DNA from: Chrysomallon squamiferum
Lineage: Eukaryota; Animalia; Mollusca
Direction of reading: 5' to 3'
Assembly: GCA_012295275.1 (NCBI GenBank)
Contig: CM022672.1
Coordinates: 30,008,001 to 30,072,000, forward strand
Length of the DNA: 64,000 nucleotides
In this document: in pieces, positions 57,995-64,000 of the stretch
How positions within the stretch are numbered: the first letter of the stretch is position 1
How the letters are laid out: every line of letters starts with the position of its first letter
Position numbers and translations under genes: made by a program
Notes under the pieces: generated by a model
What the model was told of the DNA's origin: nothing
The model's database searches: none
Seen by the model: the letters and a program-made list of their open reading frames with translations, nothing else

Positions 57995-58882
57995 TGTAAA
58001 TATAACTGAAACTGTTAAATTCATTTAAATAATAATTCGGAATGCACTTAAATAATCTTGCACACTCGAACATTCTAAAATTAGGTATAATAACCACTAA
58101 TGAACAAGTAGTTTGTCTGCGAACATGTGCAAAAGAGAGAAACGTACAAAGAGATATAGAACAGGAAGCTAGGTAGATGGGTGAAAAACTGACAACAGTT
58201 GAAATGTTATCGCTAACAGGTGTGGCAACTTGAATAGTCCTCTGACTGGGTATAAAACGAGTGAAATATCTGACTCCCTTCCAAATGAAGAAATAAAAAT
58301 ATTATAAATAAATAAATAAATAAATAAAGAGTATAATAATATAATATAATATAATATAATATAATATAATATATAAGTATGTACTGTTAAACGTAACAGT
58401 AAGTATCGGGTGACACAAAGCATCAAATATCTCAAGTACGTCGTGTGTGTGTTAGTGTGTGTTTGTATTGTATTGAATGTGAGTATCAGAACACATCGAC
58501 CTGAGCGCTTAAGTCGGTGCACCTTAGTATATATAGATCTAAACGAAATAACCGTCAGTTTGATCAAAATTTAATACTGCCACAAAAGCAATCTATGAAA
58601 GGTTTTGACAATATCTTGAACCACTCACAAATCTGTTATTTCTGATCACGAAGTTTCAAATAAAAGCACGCCTATAAAAAAGTTCCCGACATGACCGCAA
58701 AGATTTTTTTTTAAAAAACAGTTTACCATAAAAACTTGATGAAAATTACTCCTGAACCAAAATGGAGTTTACTTCCCAGAAGGGACAGTTGCATGAATCT
58801 GTGGATGGATTCATTTATCGTTTTGACAGAAACCTAGGAGTGCTTATAATTTGACGTTTATGATTTGAGTACTAATGTTTCT

Positions 58883-58963
<81 letters not shown>

Positions 58964-59597
58964 GTTTTGTTGTCAAGGCGCTGTTTACTTGCGCGCTTAT
59001 GTCGTCCCACCTAGTATCAGTTCACCTTGCAGCTCTGAATGTTATTTATTCTGTTTTAAATACCGTAAAGTACACACACAAACATACACGTGAACATAAA
59101 CACTGCACACCATTCTTTACTAAATAGAATAATAGGTTTGTGTAGTGTTAACTCATTTTGCTGTACATGTATATACAAGTAGCACACAAAGATACACATG
59201 AACATAAATTACTACATAGAATAATAGGTTTGTGTAATGTTAACTCATTTTGCTGTACATGTATATACAAGTACAAGTAGGCACAAGATTTTCTTTCTTT
59301 TTTTCTTCTTTTTGTTGTTGTTGTTGTTTTGTTGGTTATTACAAAACATGACAGCATTCATGTTGTTTCCATGTTCTGCTTAATTGTTTACAGTGAAAAT
59401 TTTAACGGGAAAAAACTCTGTTCTTGGAAATTAACATTTTCGAGGAATTTCATATGACACGATTAGTCAGAACAGTAACCAAAGAATTAGCAAAAAAATA
59501 AAAATTAATTTTATTTTTAAAGTACATAAATAAATAAGGAAATAACAAAACAAACAAATAAAAATAATAATAATAAATAACTGCTACTACTATTTCT

Positions 59598-59632
<35 letters not shown>

Positions 59633-60114
59633 GTTTAAACCAGTTATTGAACGTGACAGTATTCATGTCATGCTTATGTAAAGAAAAGCTGGAAAATCCC
59701 AATTCTTAGAAATTAAAAGTTTCGGGGAAATTGCAGCTCTGAATGTTAATTAGTATCTATTTTAAATACTGTAAAGTACACACACAATTAAACACGTGAA
59801 CATACATTACTAAATAGAATAATAGGTTTGTATAGTGTTAATTCATTTTGCTATACATGTATATATAAGTACAAGTAGGCACACAAAGATACATGATATG
59901 GACTTAGATAATACGTGTGTTTTGAATAAAATGTATGTATTTTCCTGTTGTAACTTACACGTTCGTGTTATAAGACTATTCTCGAAGAAACAGATATTCC
60001 GAGTTTCCTTAAATAAACACAATAGATGAGCAGTTATATGAACACAGCATTTGGCGTAGAGACACAGTGTTAAACTGGATGTTGTTAATGTGAAATACCC
60101 GATTGCCGAGGAGA

Positions 60115-60294
60115 ATGTCATTACTTATTACGAGAAGGAACGTATCTTGTCTTGAACCCGGCGATCTAATCGAGATTCCAAGAGGTGTAAACTCTCACTG
60201 GGCAGTTTATAAGGTAACTATGACATATACATCTGTGTAATGATTCTATGTATTTCTGTTATCGTTATTATTATTATTATTATTATTATTATGT

Positions 60295-60343
<49 letters not shown>

Positions 60344-60587
60344 TTGCTCCTCATTGTTTCTAAAGTAACGGATTTACTCAATTTTCCCAATAGCCCGATG
60401 GTCCAGTCTGTTGAATCGGTCATTCCTTTGCTATTGTTAACTGTAAATAGGTAAAATTATATATCTGACGCCAATGTTAATCTGGTTTTATTACAACTTT
60501 GATAGCAAGTCTTAATTATTCTCCCAGGTGATGAGGAAGTTGTTCACGTAACCGGACAAAACGGAGGCCGCATGAACAGCAATGTAC
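60115..60587 (+). pseudogene. PLAAT: PLAAT-like copy F: inverted, frameshifted exon 1 plus truncated exon 2
   Basis: Exon 1 (60115-60213) is 99 nt, 1 nt shorter than in copy D; exon 2 starts at 60528 and breaks off after GRMNSNV. Confidence 0.88.
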
Positions 60588-61235
60588 ATTAAAACTTTAG
60601 GGGAAATTTCAGTTAACCGTCTAAACAAAACACGACTGGTATAATAATTACCTCAGAAATAATTCATTCATTCATTAATAAAAGTACTACTACTGCTACT
60701 GCCATCATTACTATTACTACTATTAATAAAAATAATAACAATAACAGTAACAATAATCATAACAATAATAATAATACGTGTCGTAATAATAATAATAATA
60801 ATATATACTATTGGAGAAGATAAAAAAAAACCTAACTTTTTCTTAACTGAATCTATACTGATCAAAAACAAAGTTACTTACTTTTTTTATTCTACTGTTA
60901 ATACTTCATATATATTTTTTAATTTTAATTTTTAACTTTTTTTTCAATGACTAATAATTCTACTGTACTAATTATAATTAGCGACCATAGTTTACAATAT
61001 TATATATACATAACAAACCAAAATACGACAAAGAACACTTATTTACTACAATTTTGATATAACTGTTCATCGCAAATTAACCAAATTTGTTTCATGAAAA
61101 ATCAAAGATTAATTTAAGGCTAAAACCAAATCCTATAAAATTCAATTTGCTTGTAAAGGTGATAAAAAAGTGTAGTTTACTCTTTTTTCTTTGTTCTTCT
61201 TCTGGAACTAGAAGCTAGAAATTTTGAATACTAAC

Positions 61236-61888
61236 TTTAATTTGTCGTCCTTGGCGTTGTTCTTGTAGACTTTACTCTCTCGAGCAACGTCCCAAATGTT
61301 GTCTGTCCTCACACAGGCCTTGTCAAATATTTTACCTGTAATCGAGAACGAATGGTGTGCGTTGCTGTTCAAACCGCCTCCATTGTGTCCTGCTGTGTGA
61401 ACAACTTCCTCATTACCTGGGAGAATAATTAAAACTTGCTACTGAAGTTATAACTAAAGCAGATAAATATTTCCGTTAGATATGTACTTCTACCTAATTA
61501 CAGTTAACCATAGCAAACAAATGACTCACACAACAGACTGCTCCCATCGAGTTACTGGGAAAACTGAGTAAAGCTCATCACTTTGGAAACAATTAGAGAT
61601 AAAAAAAAATAATTTAAGAACCGAGAGACACACACACATAATAGTAATAATAATAACAATAATAATATTAATAAAAAGAATAACAATAATAACAATGATA
61701 ATAATATTAATAATAACAACAACAATAATAACAATAATAATAATTTAAGTAAAAATTAATATTACATACATGTATATGACATAGTTACCTTTGTAAACAG
61801 CCCAGTGAGAGTATACACCTCTTTTAAACTGAATTAGATCGCCGGGTTCAAGTTTAGATATGTTATTTTTCTTAATAAGTAATGACAT
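61236..61888 (-). CDS. PLAAT: PLAAT-like copy G: open exons 1-2; its own exons 3-4 are deleted
   Basis: Exon 1 (61789-61888) MSLLIKKNNISKLEPGDLIQFKRGVYSHWAVYK; exon 2 (61236-61416) GNEEVVHTAGH...KVYKNNAKDDKL with donor AA|gttagt, followed almost directly by PLAAT 3' UTR-like sequence. Confidence 0.6.
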
Positions 61889-62420
61889 TTTACACTGCAG
61901 TCGGGTATCTTACATTAATAAACACCAGTTTAATACTGTGCTTCTACGCCAAATACACTTTTCAGATAACTGCTCTACTTTCGTGTTTACTTAGCGAAAC
62001 TGGAAGTAGCTATTTCTAAGAGAATAGTCATAGGACATGAAGGTGCACGATGCAACTTGTAAATATCTATATTTCAATTATTTGTCATTATTTTATCATT
62101 GATGATCAATTAATAAGTAGGTCACAGAACAGGCTGATTAAAAATTATGCACAGTGTTGAATTTACATTCAAAATTTACATGTATCTTTGTGTGCCTACT
62201 TTTACTTTTAAAGACATGTACAGCAAAATGAGTTAACACTATACAAACCTATTATTCTATTTAGTAAAGAATGGTGTGCTGTGTTTATGTTCACGTGTAT
62301 GTTTGTGTGTGTACTTTACGGTATTTAAAACAGAATAAATAACATTCAGAGCTGCAAGGGGAACTGATACTAGGTGGGACGACATAAACGCGCAAGAAAA
62401 CAGCGCCTTGACAATAAAAC

Positions 62421-62516
<96 letters not shown>

Positions 62517-63785
62517 AGAAACATTAGTACTCAAATCATAAACGTCAAATTATAAGCACTCCTAGGTTTCTGTCAAAACGATAAATGAATCCATCCACAG
62601 ATTCATGCAACTGACCCTTCTGGGAGGTAAACTCGATTTTGGTTCAGGAGTAATTTTCATCAAGTTTTTATGGTAAATTGTTTTTAAAAAAATCTGTGCC
62701 GTCATGTCGGGAACTTTTTTGTAGGCGTGCTTTTATTTGAAACTTCGTGATCAGAAATAACAGTTTTGTGAGTGGTTCACGATATTGTCAAAACCTTTCA
62801 TAGATTGCTTTTGTGGCTGGATTAAATTTTGATCAAAATGACGGTTATTTCGTTTTGACCTATGTATACTAAGGAAGCACCATTGTAAGCGCTTTTGTCG
62901 ATCCGCCCTGATCAGCCCTGTAACAGTACATGTATATGTATACATGTATACATACAGTACATGTATACATACACTGACACACACACGACATACTTGAGAT
63001 GAAACGTTTTATGCATTGTGTCACCGATACTTGCTATCTACACTTACGTTTAACAACAGATTATGCAAACTACACGTTATAATTATTAAATAAAACTAAA
63101 ATAAAACTCGGTCATATACTGTAAGCACTATTTCGACTGTTTATACCAATACAACGTTATATTATATTATATTATATTATATTATTTAGTTAGTTAGTTA
63201 TAATATTTGTCTGTGTGTTTGTTTATTTGCTTGTTGTTTTGTTTTTTAATGTTGTTGTTGTTTTCTTGTTTCGTTGATTGGTTTATTTATCTATTAATTT
63301 GTTTATTATCATTATTTTTATTTGTTCATTTGGAATGCAGCCAGATATCATACTCCCTGTTATTAAATATCAAGATCGTTTGACGTCATACACACCCAGT
63401 CATACAAAAACAATGCTCCACCTTTGTACGAGATAACATTTCAACTGTTGTCAGTTTTTCACCCATCTAGCTAGCTACCTGTTCCATATCTCTCTATCCG
63501 TATCTCTCTTTCGCACATGCTCGCACTCAAACCTATCTGTTCATTATTAGTTTTTGATACCTAATTTTACAATATTCAGGTATATTAGATCATTAAATTT
63601 CATTCAGCAAATTTATTTAAATATATTTGACAGATTTAGTTACATTTACATTTAGCAATAATATATTATATATGTATACACTGATCAAAATTTCTAAGTG
63701 AAACTTTAACAATATTACATAAATATAAGTTTGATGGTATTATCTAAATACACATCATTGATAAGTTGTTTGTTATGTACACACA

Positions 63786-63921
<136 letters not shown>

Positions 63922-64000
63922 CGCATCACTAATAGGACAAATGTTCACATTTAGAAAAATTAATTTCCTTGATGTTCTTTCTGGTTTAATTCATCTTAGA

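Overview
Very AT-rich, microsatellite-dense, intron-containing animal DNA. It is probably an invertebrate; a mollusc is an inference from gene and repeat style. Most ORFs in the supplied track are microsatellite or tRNA artefacts. Region 1 (3.0-10.3 kb, +) holds seven exons of a lachesin/IgLON-like three-Ig GPI-anchored adhesion gene; its signal-peptide exon was not found. Region 2 (14.5-64 kb) is a heavily rearranged array built from four parts. (i) Twelve tRNA-Asp(GTC) loci: 5 identical intact, 1 variant, 6 decayed. (ii) Seven copies or half-copies of a 4-exon PLAAT/HRASLS (LRAT-domain, H-box/NC) phospholipase-acyltransferase gene; one is fully intact (41080-42490, -). (iii) Four copies of a deleted KRBA2/SCAND3-type integrase DNA transposon (GingerRoot-like). 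(iv) Tx1/L1-like LINE remnants whose 3' ends repeatedly sit just upstream of or inside tRNA-Asp units. There are also hAT MITEs, an RTE-X-like fragment, an ~8 kb direct duplication (~19.4 kb offset) and long inverted arms. The two most interesting signals are orphan but open PLAAT exon 1-2 and exon 3-4 cassettes positioned so they could splice into full-length chimeric enzymes, and signs of retroelement targeting of the tRNA-Asp array. All alignments and translations were done by eye; repeat boundaries are approximate.
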